DNA of 64,000 nt from Candidatus Amesbacteria bacterium GW2011_GWB1_47_19 (GTDB taxonomy: Bacteria; Patescibacteriota; Microgenomatia; CAZETR01; Amesbacteraceae): positions 7,484-71,483 of the forward strand of contig LCNZ01000003.1 in NCBI GenBank assembly GCA_001002325.1, read 5' to 3'. Numbering within the stretch: position 1 is the stretch's first letter; every line of letters begins with the position of its first letter. Made by a program: the position numbers and the translations under genes. Of this stretch, positions 1-8,632 are shown piece by piece. The notes below the pieces were generated by a model. The model did no database searches and was not told the DNA's origin. It was given only the letters and a program-made list of their open reading frames with translations.

Positions 1-2
1 AC

Positions 3-677
3 AACTTTTCCGCCGAGGTCGACGGCTTTAACAACCTCAAACTGTCAATAAAAAACGATAAATTATTGACCCATTTTGGTCACACACCCCTTCCCCCTTA
101 TATTCATTCTGAAGTGACTGAAAAAGTATTGAGAAAGCAATACCAGACTGTTTACGCCGGAAAACCCGGTTCTGCAGCCGCTCCCACTGCCGGTCTGCAT
201 TTCACTCATCGTCTTCTCAATCAACTGTCAACGATGAACTATCAACAGGAATTCGTTACTCTCCACGTCGGCTTGGGCACCTTCAAACCCCCGGGTCCGG
301 ATCAGTTACAATCCGGTACTCTCCATTACGAATGGTTTACCCTCCCTTCTGCTGTCACCCGGAGGCTAAATGCCGCCAAATCAGCAGGGCACCGCATCAT
401 TGCAGTCGGAACCACCTCTGTTCGCGTTCTAGAAACATGTTCAGACAAATCTGGTAGGCTCCACCCCCGCACCGGTTACACGAACATCTTTATCCGCCCG
501 CCGTACCGTTTCAAGTTTGTCGACGGCATGATCACCAACTTCCACCTGCCCGGTACCAGTCTGATCATGCTTGTTTCCGCCATGGCTTCCTGGCCGGTTA
601 TCCGTAGAGCATACCAAGCAGCCATTACTGAAAAATACCGCTTCTTCTCCTTCGGTGACGCCTGTCTTATCGCCTGA
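3..677 (+). CDS. queA: S-adenosylmethionine:tRNA ribosyltransferase-isomerase (5'-partial)
   Basis: PLPPYI, YQTVYA, GSAAAPTAGLHF, TLHVGLGTF, VGTTSVRVLE, TNFHLP, YRFFSFGDA motifs; frame open to the window start. Confidence 0.95.
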   Translation, partial: NFSAEVDGFNNLKLSIKNDKLLTHFGHTPLPPYIHSEVTEKVLRKQYQTVYAGKPGSAAAPTAGLHFTHRLLNQLSTMNYQQEFVTLHVGLGTFKPPGPDQLQSGTLHYEWFTLPSAVTRRLNAAKSAGHRIIAVGTTSVRVLETCSDKSGRLHPRTGYTNIFIRPPYRFKFVDGMITNFHLPGTSLIMLVSAMASWPVIRRAYQAAITEKYRFFSFGDACLIA

Positions 678-879
678 TTTCTTGCAAAACCCGATACTTC
701 CCGTCACCTCCCCTTAGCCACCTTTCTTTTCTTCGTTTTGCAACTTTTTTGACCAACATCAATCCAGCTTCTTCCCCGCCATCTGGCCAGACCCTCTTTA
801 GTTGAACCACTGCCTGGTCGTTAGATGCATCTGGTCCGTACCGCTCATCCACCCCCCAAACCGGTTTCCTCTCTCCCAT
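667..879 (-). CDS. small hypothetical protein
   Basis: 70-aa ATG ORF filling the gap after queA; no recognisable motif. Confidence 0.35.
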   Translation of the reverse strand: MGERKPVWGVDERYGPDASNDQAVVQLKRVWPDGGEEAGLMLVKKVAKRRKERWLRGGDGKYRVLQEIRR

Positions 880-1087
880 GCCTCACAATAATACTGCCGG
901 TTTATGCTAAAATCCACTAATGAATATTGTCGAAAGAATTAGGGGTAAGCGATCTCCAAAGATCCTTAATTCATATCAGATTGACCAAACCCTGGTTCAA
1001 ATTAGAGATGGGAGTGAGCTGTATTTTCTCCTCCTGAAATTGCTCAAAAGTTCTTGAAATATAAAAAAACCTTTCCGCCACAAAAAA

Positions 1088-2248
1088 TCACTCCCCCAAA
1101 AGCCTCTGAATAACCCCCAAGCGGATTACATCCTGAAAAGAAATCAGCACCATTACACCCAGGAGAAACGCGATCCCCCAGGAATTAATTCTTTGTTCAA
1201 TTTCCGGTTTTATTCTCCTTTTAGTCGCCCATTCCAACCAGATAAACAGCATTCTTCCTCCATCCAGAGCAGGAACAGGCAAGACATTAAACACCCCCAG
1301 GTTAACCGACAGTATAGCCACCAGTTCAAGAAGCGGCAGCCATCCTTGTTTGGCCACCTCACCGGTCAGCTGATAAATCCCCACCGGACCGGATACTCCC
1401 TCCGGGGCTTTACCCGCAAACAAGCTCCTGCCGATCTGCCGCAACCCTTCCCCCACTCTTCCCACCCACGCTCTGGTACTTTTGGTTCCCTGTGTTACCG
1501 CACCCACCGCACAACGGATGGAGAGCATCGAACATTTATCCGTACGCACATACGGATATGTGGTAATCACCACCCCGACCGCCCCCTGTCCTGCGGGAGG
1601 TTCGGTACGAGGAATTACATTTACCACCGAATTTTCCGATTCCCCCTCAACAATTCCCTCAAACAGTATCGTCCCAGATCCTCTTTCCACCATCAGGTTT
1701 ACTCCCAAGCCCGCCCAAGCCTTTACCGCTAAGGAAAACTCCTCGGTGGTATTGATATTCCTGCCTTCTACCTGTGTGATTCTGTCTTCCACCCGGATCC
1801 CCGCAATTTCCGCCGGCGACCCCGGTTCTACTCCCACTACCGTAACTTTATTTTCCGTGCTTACCGGGACTCCGGCAACGGCATACACCAGCACAAACAA
1901 CCCCAACGCCAGCACCATATTCATCACCACCCCGGCTGCGATTACCGCCAACCGTTGCTTTTTTCCCCGACTCCAGAAATCTTTACCCACATCTTTATTC
2001 TTTGTAACTTTGTCGCTTTGTATCTTTGTATCTTCTCCGTAGAGCCTCACAAATCCGCCAAACAGTATCGGATACACTGCATACCGGGTGTCTCCTCTTT
2101 TTATCTTAAAAACCGGCGGGGTCAGGGGTAACCCCAGGGCAAATTCTTCCACTTTTATTTTCAGTATCCTGGCAGCCAGAAAATGACCCAGCTCGTGCAC
2201 CAGCACCAACACGGATAATACCACCAGAAAAATCACTCCCGTCGGCAT
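1088..2248 (-). CDS. rseP: site-2 intramembrane zinc metalloprotease with PDZ domain (RseP/M50)
   Basis: HELGH, GGFVRLYGE, PDZ (GSPAEIAG), NVLPVPALDGG; downstream of frr. Confidence 0.92.
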   Translation of the reverse strand: MPTGVIFLVVLSVLVLVHELGHFLAARILKIKVEEFALGLPLTPPVFKIKRGDTRYAVYPILFGGFVRLYGEDTKIQSDKVTKNKDVGKDFWSRGKKQRLAVIAAGVVMNMVLALGLFVLVYAVAGVPVSTENKVTVVGVEPGSPAEIAGIRVEDRITQVEGRNINTTEEFSLAVKAWAGLGVNLMVERGSGTILFEGIVEGESENSVVNVIPRTEPPAGQGAVGVVITTYPYVRTDKCSMLSIRCAVGAVTQGTKSTRAWVGRVGEGLRQIGRSLFAGKAPEGVSGPVGIYQLTGEVAKQGWLPLLELVAILSVNLGVFNVLPVPALDGGRMLFIWLEWATKRRIKPEIEQRINSWGIAFLLGVMVLISFQDVIRLGVIQRLLGE

Positions 2249-2286
2249 CGGATCAGTTTATCGTTCCCGCCCTGGCTTGGCAACTC

Positions 2287-3921
2287 TCAATTAACAAACA
2301 GGCTGTACTGATCATTAAATTGCACTATATTTCCTTTGGGATCGGCCGCTTTAAATTGCTGGGCATAATCCCGGGGCAAGGTCAGAATGTATACATATTT
2401 CTCATCCGGATTCATGTGATTCTGCAAGTTCCAATGATAGGCCGCACTGACAGTTCTTTTCTGAAATTCCGGCGCCATAAAGTACCACACCTTCTCCAAA
2501 TGGAAACCGGGAAATGCCGCAATATAGGTATCTCGACCCGGATACAAGTTCAGAGTTTCCTGCACCACTTCAATATCCCGGTTATTCCCCTCACCGGCCA
2601 AAACCGGTCCGATTTTCTGCAGGTTGTCGCCCGCAAACAAGGCCACAGTCACCGCCATAATTATCCACCCTTGGCCTGCCTTTCCCCGTTCCAAATACCG
2701 GAAAGTACTGGCGGCAATCAGGATCAGCAGCGGAAATGCCAGGCTGAACCGGTGGAAAGCCGGTGGCGGTATGGATAGTACCATTGCCAGATACGACATC
2801 ACCACGGCCAGAAGTACCCATCCCCACCTGCTATCCCGCCTGAAAATAACCCCTGTCGTCACCAGACCCACGGCCAACAGCCCCAGATTAAATCCGGACA
2901 ACAGTCCCAACCGCCCGAAGTTGTATCCCCCGTGACCCCCGATACCATCTATATACATCGCCCGCCAAACGCGCCGGTAGTTTTCCGTCAATTCCGATAA
3001 TTTTTTTACCTTTCCATCATCTCTAATCTTGGACCATGTGCCGTTCAAGTAATCTACTTGTTTGGCCCGGGAAACAAAATAATTATCCCACCGCACTGCA
3101 TAAGTCAGAAACGGCCCGGCCACCAGCCATCCCCCGATCACTGCCGCCACCGCCAGTTTCAGGTTATGCTTTTTCAATAACATCAATCCCGCCATTGGCA
3201 CGGCTATATAGGAGCTGATATAAAAAAGCAGTCCTGCCCCGGTCAGCATTCCCATCGCCGCAGCATTTCGGTTCGTCTGCCGCCTCGAAAACAACAGCAA
3301 CCGGTGCAGAAACAATAAAAACACCGCTGTGCTGGACACAAAATGCAGTCCCAATGTCTCCAGATATATTGCCGGCCAGAAAAACGCGTACAGCACAACT
3401 GTTGCAATCCCCACGCTTTTCCCACCCAATAACTTCCCGTTAAGATACAATCCGACTCCGACCAGCCATACGTATGGCTGTACCGACCATTTTATCGCCG
3501 CCATATTTCTACCCAATACTTCCACAATCCCCCTCTGAATCACGAAATATACGGCCGGGAACTGACCCATCCAGTCAACTTTACTAAGTGGAAAACCACC
3601 AAAAAAATTGGCAGTGGAAAAGTCTGTGGTGGCTGAAATCCAGGCTGAAATAACATCGTCACCGTGTATCCGTGACATATCAAACAGGCTTACCCTGACT
3701 ATCACCGGCAGCAGCGCCAAAAGTCCAATCCCCAGCCAAATTCTTATCTTTCCCCGGTCCAGTATGATCAACCGTCCATCAAACCATGCCCCGCAAAAAA
3801 CTAATATCGAAGTCAGCCACAACCCCACCAGTGCGATATCGTACCCCCCTGCCGCCACCCTGGCACTTACATAAGCACCCAAAGAAACCGCCAAAACCAC
3901 CGCCGCTTTTTTAAACTCCAC
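2287..3921 (-). CDS. GT-C membrane glycosyltransferase (ArnT/PMT-like)
   Basis: 544 aa, many TM segments, HGDD acidic motif in first loop, soluble C-terminal domain. Confidence 0.7.
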   Translation of the reverse strand: MEFKKAAVVLAVSLGAYVSARVAAGGYDIALVGLWLTSILVFCGAWFDGRLIILDRGKIRIWLGIGLLALLPVIVRVSLFDMSRIHGDDVISAWISATTDFSTANFFGGFPLSKVDWMGQFPAVYFVIQRGIVEVLGRNMAAIKWSVQPYVWLVGVGLYLNGKLLGGKSVGIATVVLYAFFWPAIYLETLGLHFVSSTAVFLLFLHRLLLFSRRQTNRNAAAMGMLTGAGLLFYISSYIAVPMAGLMLLKKHNLKLAVAAVIGGWLVAGPFLTYAVRWDNYFVSRAKQVDYLNGTWSKIRDDGKVKKLSELTENYRRVWRAMYIDGIGGHGGYNFGRLGLLSGFNLGLLAVGLVTTGVIFRRDSRWGWVLLAVVMSYLAMVLSIPPPAFHRFSLAFPLLILIAASTFRYLERGKAGQGWIIMAVTVALFAGDNLQKIGPVLAGEGNNRDIEVVQETLNLYPGRDTYIAAFPGFHLEKVWYFMAPEFQKRTVSAAYHWNLQNHMNPDEKYVYILTLPRDYAQQFKAADPKGNIVQFNDQYSLFVN

Positions 3922-3935
3922 CTATCCAGAATACA

Positions 3936-4112
3936 CTAATGTATTCCCAACCTGCCATCCGGCACAAAGATCTTACTTACAGCTCCCCAGAACGTCGGAT
4001 TAGTTATCAAATAAGTTAATACCGCAATAGCTATTAAACCAATCCCGAATAACTTTATTCGCTCCTCACCATCTGCCTTCTGCCTTTTTTCCATCTCATA
4101 CTGAGTTGTCAT
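3936..4112 (-). CDS. 58-aa single-TM protein (below ORF-track cutoff)
   Basis: own translation MTTQYEMEKRQKADGEERIKLFGIGLIAIAVLTYLITNPTFWGAVSKIFVPDGRLGIH; co-oriented with neighbours. Confidence 0.5.
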   Translation of the reverse strand: MTTQYEMEKRQKADGEERIKLFGIGLIAIAVLTYLITNPTFWGAVSKIFVPDGRLGIH

Positions 4113-4157
4113 AATAAAATGATATCACCGATTATTCTTAAGTCAAGGACTATAGGC

Positions 4158-4712
4158 TCAAGAGCCCGTCAATTCGGCCTCTTTTGCTTGTCCAATCTCC
4201 TCAATTTTATCCATCATTTCATCCGTCACTTTTTGCAGTTCTTCCTCCACGGTAAACTTGTCATCCTCCGGCAGATCCCCCGCTTCATGTGCCCGCTTTA
4301 GCTCCGCCATTTTATCGTGCCTGATTTGGCGAACCTTTACCCGACCTTCTTCCAGCTTGCGATGCAGCATCTTCACATACTCCAACCGCCGCTCACTGGT
4401 CAGAGGCGGAATGGCTATCCGGATAACATTGTTGTCAATTATCGGCGTCAATCCCAAATTAGCCGCCTCGATATCCCGTCTGATATCCCCGATAATTGAA
4501 TTGTCATACGGGGTTATCACCAATGATTGGGCATCCGGCACATTAACCGTTCCCAGTTCCACTACCTTCAGCCGGGTACTGCCGCCGTAAGCTTTGATGA
4601 TCACATTCTCCACCAACGCCGGTGCTGCTCTGCCTGTCCGGATTGTAGCCACATCCTGCTTCACAAATTCCAATACCTTTGCCATTTTGTCCCTCGGACC
4701 ATCAACATCCAT
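4158..4712 (-). CDS. frr: ribosome recycling factor
   Basis: IRTGRA, PPLTSERR, VRQIR motifs; start placed at ATG 6 nt after TGG-TATATT. Confidence 0.95.
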   Translation of the reverse strand: MDVDGPRDKMAKVLEFVKQDVATIRTGRAAPALVENVIIKAYGGSTRLKVVELGTVNVPDAQSLVITPYDNSIIGDIRRDIEAANLGLTPIIDNNVIRIAIPPLTSERRLEYVKMLHRKLEEGRVKVRQIRHDKMAELKRAHEAGDLPEDDKFTVEEELQKVTDEMMDKIEEIGQAKEAELTGS

Positions 4713-4764
4713 GTCCCAAATATACCACACCCCGCCAACCATCAGGTTGTTCTTCAGTTTCTGA

Positions 4765-5001
4765 CTACTTTTGAATCAGATTAATGTATCCCAAATATTC
4801 TGCCGCAACAGCTGCAGTAGCACATGTAATTAACCCAATCGCCAGATAAATCAACACATAACCTATCCACGGTTTTGGTTCATTAGAATTTGGAATACTT
4901 TCTTTCGACAGACCGGTTTCTGTATTAGTCGGTCCGACACCACCCGATTTTCTGCCATTTTCAGGTAATCCTGATTTCATAGAACCCATAGTATACCACA
5001 C
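4765..5001 (-). CDS. small membrane protein (true start probably a downstream ATG)
   Basis: one C-terminal TM helix; sits between tsf and frr. Confidence 0.5.
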   Translation of the reverse strand: MWYTMGSMKSGLPENGRKSGGVGPTNTETGLSKESIPNSNEPKPWIGYVLIYLAIGLITCATAAVAAEYLGYINLIQK

Positions 5002-5010
5002 CTCCTCCCG

Positions 5011-5463
5011 TTAGACTTCCACCACCCTAAAATCCGTCACCCTAATATTCTCCCCCAGTTTCCCAATGGTCTCCTTTATTAAATCCGCCACTTTCACTCC
5101 CGGATCGCGGATATACTCCTGTTCCAACAATTCTTCTACATTGGCGGGTTTGGTTGCCGCTGCCTGCATCGCCAGCTCCCGTCCCAGTTTCTGAAAATCA
5201 TCGGTTTTAGCTACAAAATCGGTCTCGCAGGCAACCGCCGCCAACGCCCCCAACCGACCCGTATGGTGCACATAAGCAAATACTATCCCGGCTTTGACCT
5301 CCCTTTCCGATTTTCTATCAGCCTTTTCCAGACCTTTCTGCCGCAGCAGCTTGACTGCCTCTTTGAAATCTCCTCCGGATTCCTCCAGCGCCATCCGGCA
5401 GTCAGATACCCCCGCGGAAGTCATCTCCCGTAACTTCTTTATATCCTCAATCTTAATTTTCAT
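5011..5463 (-). CDS. tsf: elongation factor Ts (short form)
   Basis: IKKLREMTSAGVSDC, CETDFVAK, GENIRV; follows rpsB. Confidence 0.95.
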   Translation of the reverse strand: MKIKIEDIKKLREMTSAGVSDCRMALEESGGDFKEAVKLLRQKGLEKADRKSEREVKAGIVFAYVHHTGRLGALAAVACETDFVAKTDDFQKLGRELAMQAAATKPANVEELLEQEYIRDPGVKVADLIKETIGKLGENIRVTDFRVVEV

Positions 5464-6164
5464 ACTTTTCCTTTTAACTTAGACTTAGACTTGGACTCCT
5501 CAATAGCTTCCCCTACCGACCTGACAATCAGATCTATCGCTCCAACCGCATCGTCGTTGGTAGGTATGACAAAATCCACCTGGGTCGGGTCGCCGTTCGT
5601 ATCCACCATCCCTACCACCGGTATCCCCATTCGCACAGCTTCTTTCACTGCTACTTCCTCCCGTTTGGTATCTACCACGAACAGCGCATCCGGCTTTTTC
5701 TCAACTGCAACCAAACCTCCCAGGAATTTCTCCAGTCTGTAAATGTCCCTGTCAATCAGCAGCTGTTCTCTCTTGGTGTATTTTTTCAATTCTCCTTTTT
5801 CCCTCTGTTCCTTCAGGTCTTTTAGTTTCCTCAGACTTTTATTCAACTGGTCAAAATTGGTCAGAAATCCGGCCGGCCATCTCTCCACTGCATATGGCAT
5901 CCCCACCTTGATGGCCGTTTCCTTTACAGTATCCTTAGCCTGTCTTTTTGTTCCTACAAAAATAATCACTCCTCCGTCACCGGCCGTTTTTTTCAAAAAC
6001 CGGCAGGCATCATCCAATCCTTTCTTTGTCAGCACCAGATCAAAAATATGCACCCCGTCCCTCACTCCGTATACGAAAGGTTTCATGGCCGGATTCCATC
6101 TCCGTACCTGGTGCCCGAAGTGGGCTCCCGCTTCTAACAACTGTTTTAACGTTACGTCTTTCAT
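5460..6164 (-). CDS. rpsB: 30S ribosomal protein S2
   Basis: LLEAGAHFGH, WNPAM, FVGTK, VDTN, PTNDDA. Confidence 0.97.
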   Translation of the reverse strand: MKDVTLKQLLEAGAHFGHQVRRWNPAMKPFVYGVRDGVHIFDLVLTKKGLDDACRFLKKTAGDGGVIIFVGTKRQAKDTVKETAIKVGMPYAVERWPAGFLTNFDQLNKSLRKLKDLKEQREKGELKKYTKREQLLIDRDIYRLEKFLGGLVAVEKKPDALFVVDTKREEVAVKEAVRMGIPVVGMVDTNGDPTQVDFVIPTNDDAVGAIDLIVRSVGEAIEESKSKSKLKGKV

Positions 6165-6169
6165 TTTCT

Positions 6170-6325
6170 CCTTTTTTCCCGCCTGCCGGCAGGCTGGCCT
6201 CCCCCACCATTATTTATCAAGGAGAAACCGGTGGGGTGTGTAATAACTGCCCAATTTTAATCCTCCGGGAACCGGCCTGCAATACCCACTTCAGAATGCA
6301 TACCAGGTCTCCGAACTCACCCTGA
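6170..6325 (-). promoter_or_regulatory. long rpsB 5' leader, possible S2 autoregulatory RNA; contains palindrome GCCTGCCGGCAGGC (6181-6194)
   Basis: about 160 nt non-coding leader in an otherwise mostly leaderless genome; structured rpsB leaders are known in other bacteria; fold not verified. Confidence 0.35.
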
Positions 6326-6331
6326 ATTTTA

Positions 6332-6823
6332 TCACTCCAATCCATTATTCCTGATCAATCGCCGCTTCCATTCCTCGTCTTTAATACTTTTCAGATTTAT
6401 CTCCACATTTTCTCTGGCTGCCTTCTGGCCTGCCTGGGCCAGAAACACCGCGCTCCTGGCATCGGACACGGCATTCTTATTACCTTTCTCCACCAGCTGC
6501 TTGGCCAATTCTTCCACTTCTAAAGCAACTTTCATCGTCTCCAAAGGTACCTCCGTCGCCCTTTTCAGTGCCTCCTGTATTCCCAACTTTCTCTTATAAG
6601 CGGCCATTACTTCCTCATAAGCCCTGCAGTCTTCGTCCGCCAGCTCCAAAAGCCTCATCCGCAGTTCCATGCTTTTAGAACCGATAGCCGGGTGCTTCGG
6701 TTCCAGGCCGCAAACCATTTCCACCAGAGCCGCCCCCAGCGCAGCGGCCACGGCTGCCGCTGCCCCTCCTCCCGGCACCGGCTTGCTGCTCGCCAAATCC
6801 TCAATGAACCTACTCAAATCCAT
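6332..6823 (-). CDS. formiminotetrahydrofolate cyclodeaminase
   Basis: LASSKPVPGGG, ATEVPL, GNKNAVSD, NVEINL. Confidence 0.9.
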   Translation of the reverse strand: MDLSRFIEDLASSKPVPGGGAAAAVAAALGAALVEMVCGLEPKHPAIGSKSMELRMRLLELADEDCRAYEEVMAAYKRKLGIQEALKRATEVPLETMKVALEVEELAKQLVEKGNKNAVSDARSAVFLAQAGQKAARENVEINLKSIKDEEWKRRLIRNNGLE

Positions 6824-7715
6824 AGATCCTATTCTCCAATACTTGTTCGGCTTTAAAATCCGGTGCCTGTAAACTGTCTCTGGCCATTTTAACCAGAGCT
6901 TCTAGCGGAATCATCCCGTAAATCTCGGATTCGGCAATCTTCACCCCTAGTTTGTGCGCTTGCTCCTTTATCGCCGCATACACCCCATCCATATTCGTCT
7001 TCTCAAAATCCACCAGATTCATTGAAATTTGAGCCTTACCGTCCACCAGGAAGCCCAATGCTTTGATACCCGGTAGACCGCCGTTTCTCTCCCGGATAAC
7101 ATTGGCAATGTCTTTAGCCACCCTCACATCCGCCGTATCCAAATTTACGTTATAAGCGATCAGATATTTTCTGGCCCCCACCACCATCGCCCCGGCCGTG
7201 GGATGCATTTCGGTTGGTCCGTAATCAGGCTTTCTCTCTTTTTTCGTCTGTATCTCAACTCCCAATCCCTCGTACTCTCCCTTCCTTACGTCAGCTAAAT
7301 TTACCCGTTCCGGCCGGGTGGCCGCATCCTCATATAAATAAACCGGAATCTTCAGCTCCCGGGCTACCTGCTGACCCAATTTCTTCGCTAGCTTTACGCA
7401 CTCCCCGATGCTCATCCGGGATACCGGCACAAACGGTACCACATCTGTCGCTCCTATCCTCGGATGTTCTCCTTTGTGCTTTCGCATGTCAATCAATTTC
7501 GTCGCCGTTTTGATTGCTTCCCAAACCGCCTGATACACCGCCTCTGGTTCTCCCACGATTGTCATCAGGCTCCGGTTGTGCGACGCATTCCATTCCACAT
7601 CCAGCACCCGCGCTCCCTGAACTTTCCCGGCCGCCGCGGCAATTCCCTTAATTACGTCCTTATTCTTTCCCTCCGAAAAATTCGGCACACACTCAATTAT
7701 CCTGGCTTTTTTCAT
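6810..7715 (-). CDS. ftcD: glutamate formiminotransferase
   Basis: IECVPNFSEG, HNRS, HKGEHPRIGATDVVPF, RKGEYEGL, LIAYNVNL. Confidence 0.93.
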   Translation of the reverse strand: MKKARIIECVPNFSEGKNKDVIKGIAAAAGKVQGARVLDVEWNASHNRSLMTIVGEPEAVYQAVWEAIKTATKLIDMRKHKGEHPRIGATDVVPFVPVSRMSIGECVKLAKKLGQQVARELKIPVYLYEDAATRPERVNLADVRKGEYEGLGVEIQTKKERKPDYGPTEMHPTAGAMVVGARKYLIAYNVNLDTADVRVAKDIANVIRERNGGLPGIKALGFLVDGKAQISMNLVDFEKTNMDGVYAAIKEQAHKLGVKIAESEIYGMIPLEALVKMARDSLQAPDFKAEQVLENRIYGFE

Positions 7716-7723
7716 ATCGCTGC

Positions 7724-8320
7724 CTACCTTGCTAATGTAATCACCGGTTTAACTACCGCAAAAATCCGTCCGGCAACCGTCAGAATCGGTGCGTCTGCCC
7801 CCACTCTGATCCAGCCGTACCTGTCCGCCAGCTGCAAATACATCTTCCGCATCCGGTACCACTCATCCTCATCCTCGTACGGATGTCCCGCCTGCAATCG
7901 TTCCATTCTTTTGGGTCCGTCCATCAAAACCGCCAGGTCCGGATCAATCTGGTCCGAATTCAATTCCTCCATTCTGTCCAAACTAATTCCCCGCACTATC
8001 CCCCAAGCAACTCCTGTACCTTTGTAATCCTCGGCCAGGACACTCACTCCGGCATCCAGCCAGCTTTTCAGGGTCGGCTCAAATTCCCGCCGGTTTGCAG
8101 CAAACAGTTCCTGCATTTTCTGCTCCGTCAGTGCATTTCCGTTGCGGTGCAGAACTTTATCCAGCACCGGACCGCTCGGTTCCTGCTCATACACCGGATA
8201 CTTTACCCTCCGGCAGGAATAACCCATCCGCCGCATGGTATCGTCCAATATTTCCAGTTGTTTCGATTTCCCCACACCCGCCGGGCCGTATATGACGACA
8301 AACAATCCCCTTCTCATCAA
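7724..8320 (-). CDS. tmk: thymidylate kinase family protein
   Basis: P-loop GPAGVGKS, KYP, LFAANR, PDL; divergent. Confidence 0.75.
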   Translation of the reverse strand: MMRRGLFVVIYGPAGVGKSKQLEILDDTMRRMGYSCRRVKYPVYEQEPSGPVLDKVLHRNGNALTEQKMQELFAANRREFEPTLKSWLDAGVSVLAEDYKGTGVAWGIVRGISLDRMEELNSDQIDPDLAVLMDGPKRMERLQAGHPYEDEDEWYRMRKMYLQLADRYGWIRVGADAPILTVAGRIFAVVKPVITLAR

Positions 8321-8335
8321 TTTCCTATTCTACCA

Positions 8336-8629
8336 CTAATCCGCCGGAGCCAAACCGACTACCGCCGAGGCCATCTCTTCCATACTGGATTGACGTCTCG
8401 GTTCCGTTCGTGCGTGTCGCCTGATCAAACCTCTTAATCTGGAACGGTCATTTATTTTCACCAGACCATAAATCGTCGCCGAGGCCAACACCCCCATCAC
8501 TACCCATCCCCAACCGGCTCCCTTTTCGTAATGCATTCCCATAGCCACCCCAAAAGGTAGTACCGTCAGCAGGGTATCTCTGCCGACTTCCAGCAATGTT
8601 TTTGGTTTTTCAAAATTTACATCTTCCAT
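8336..8629 (-). CDS. small membrane protein
   Basis: 97 aa, two hydrophobic segments, abuts topA stop. Confidence 0.55.
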   Translation of the reverse strand: MEDVNFEKPKTLLEVGRDTLLTVLPFGVAMGMHYEKGAGWGWVVMGVLASATIYGLVKINDRSRLRGLIRRHARTEPRRQSSMEEMASAVVGLAPAD

Positions 8630-8632
8630 ACC

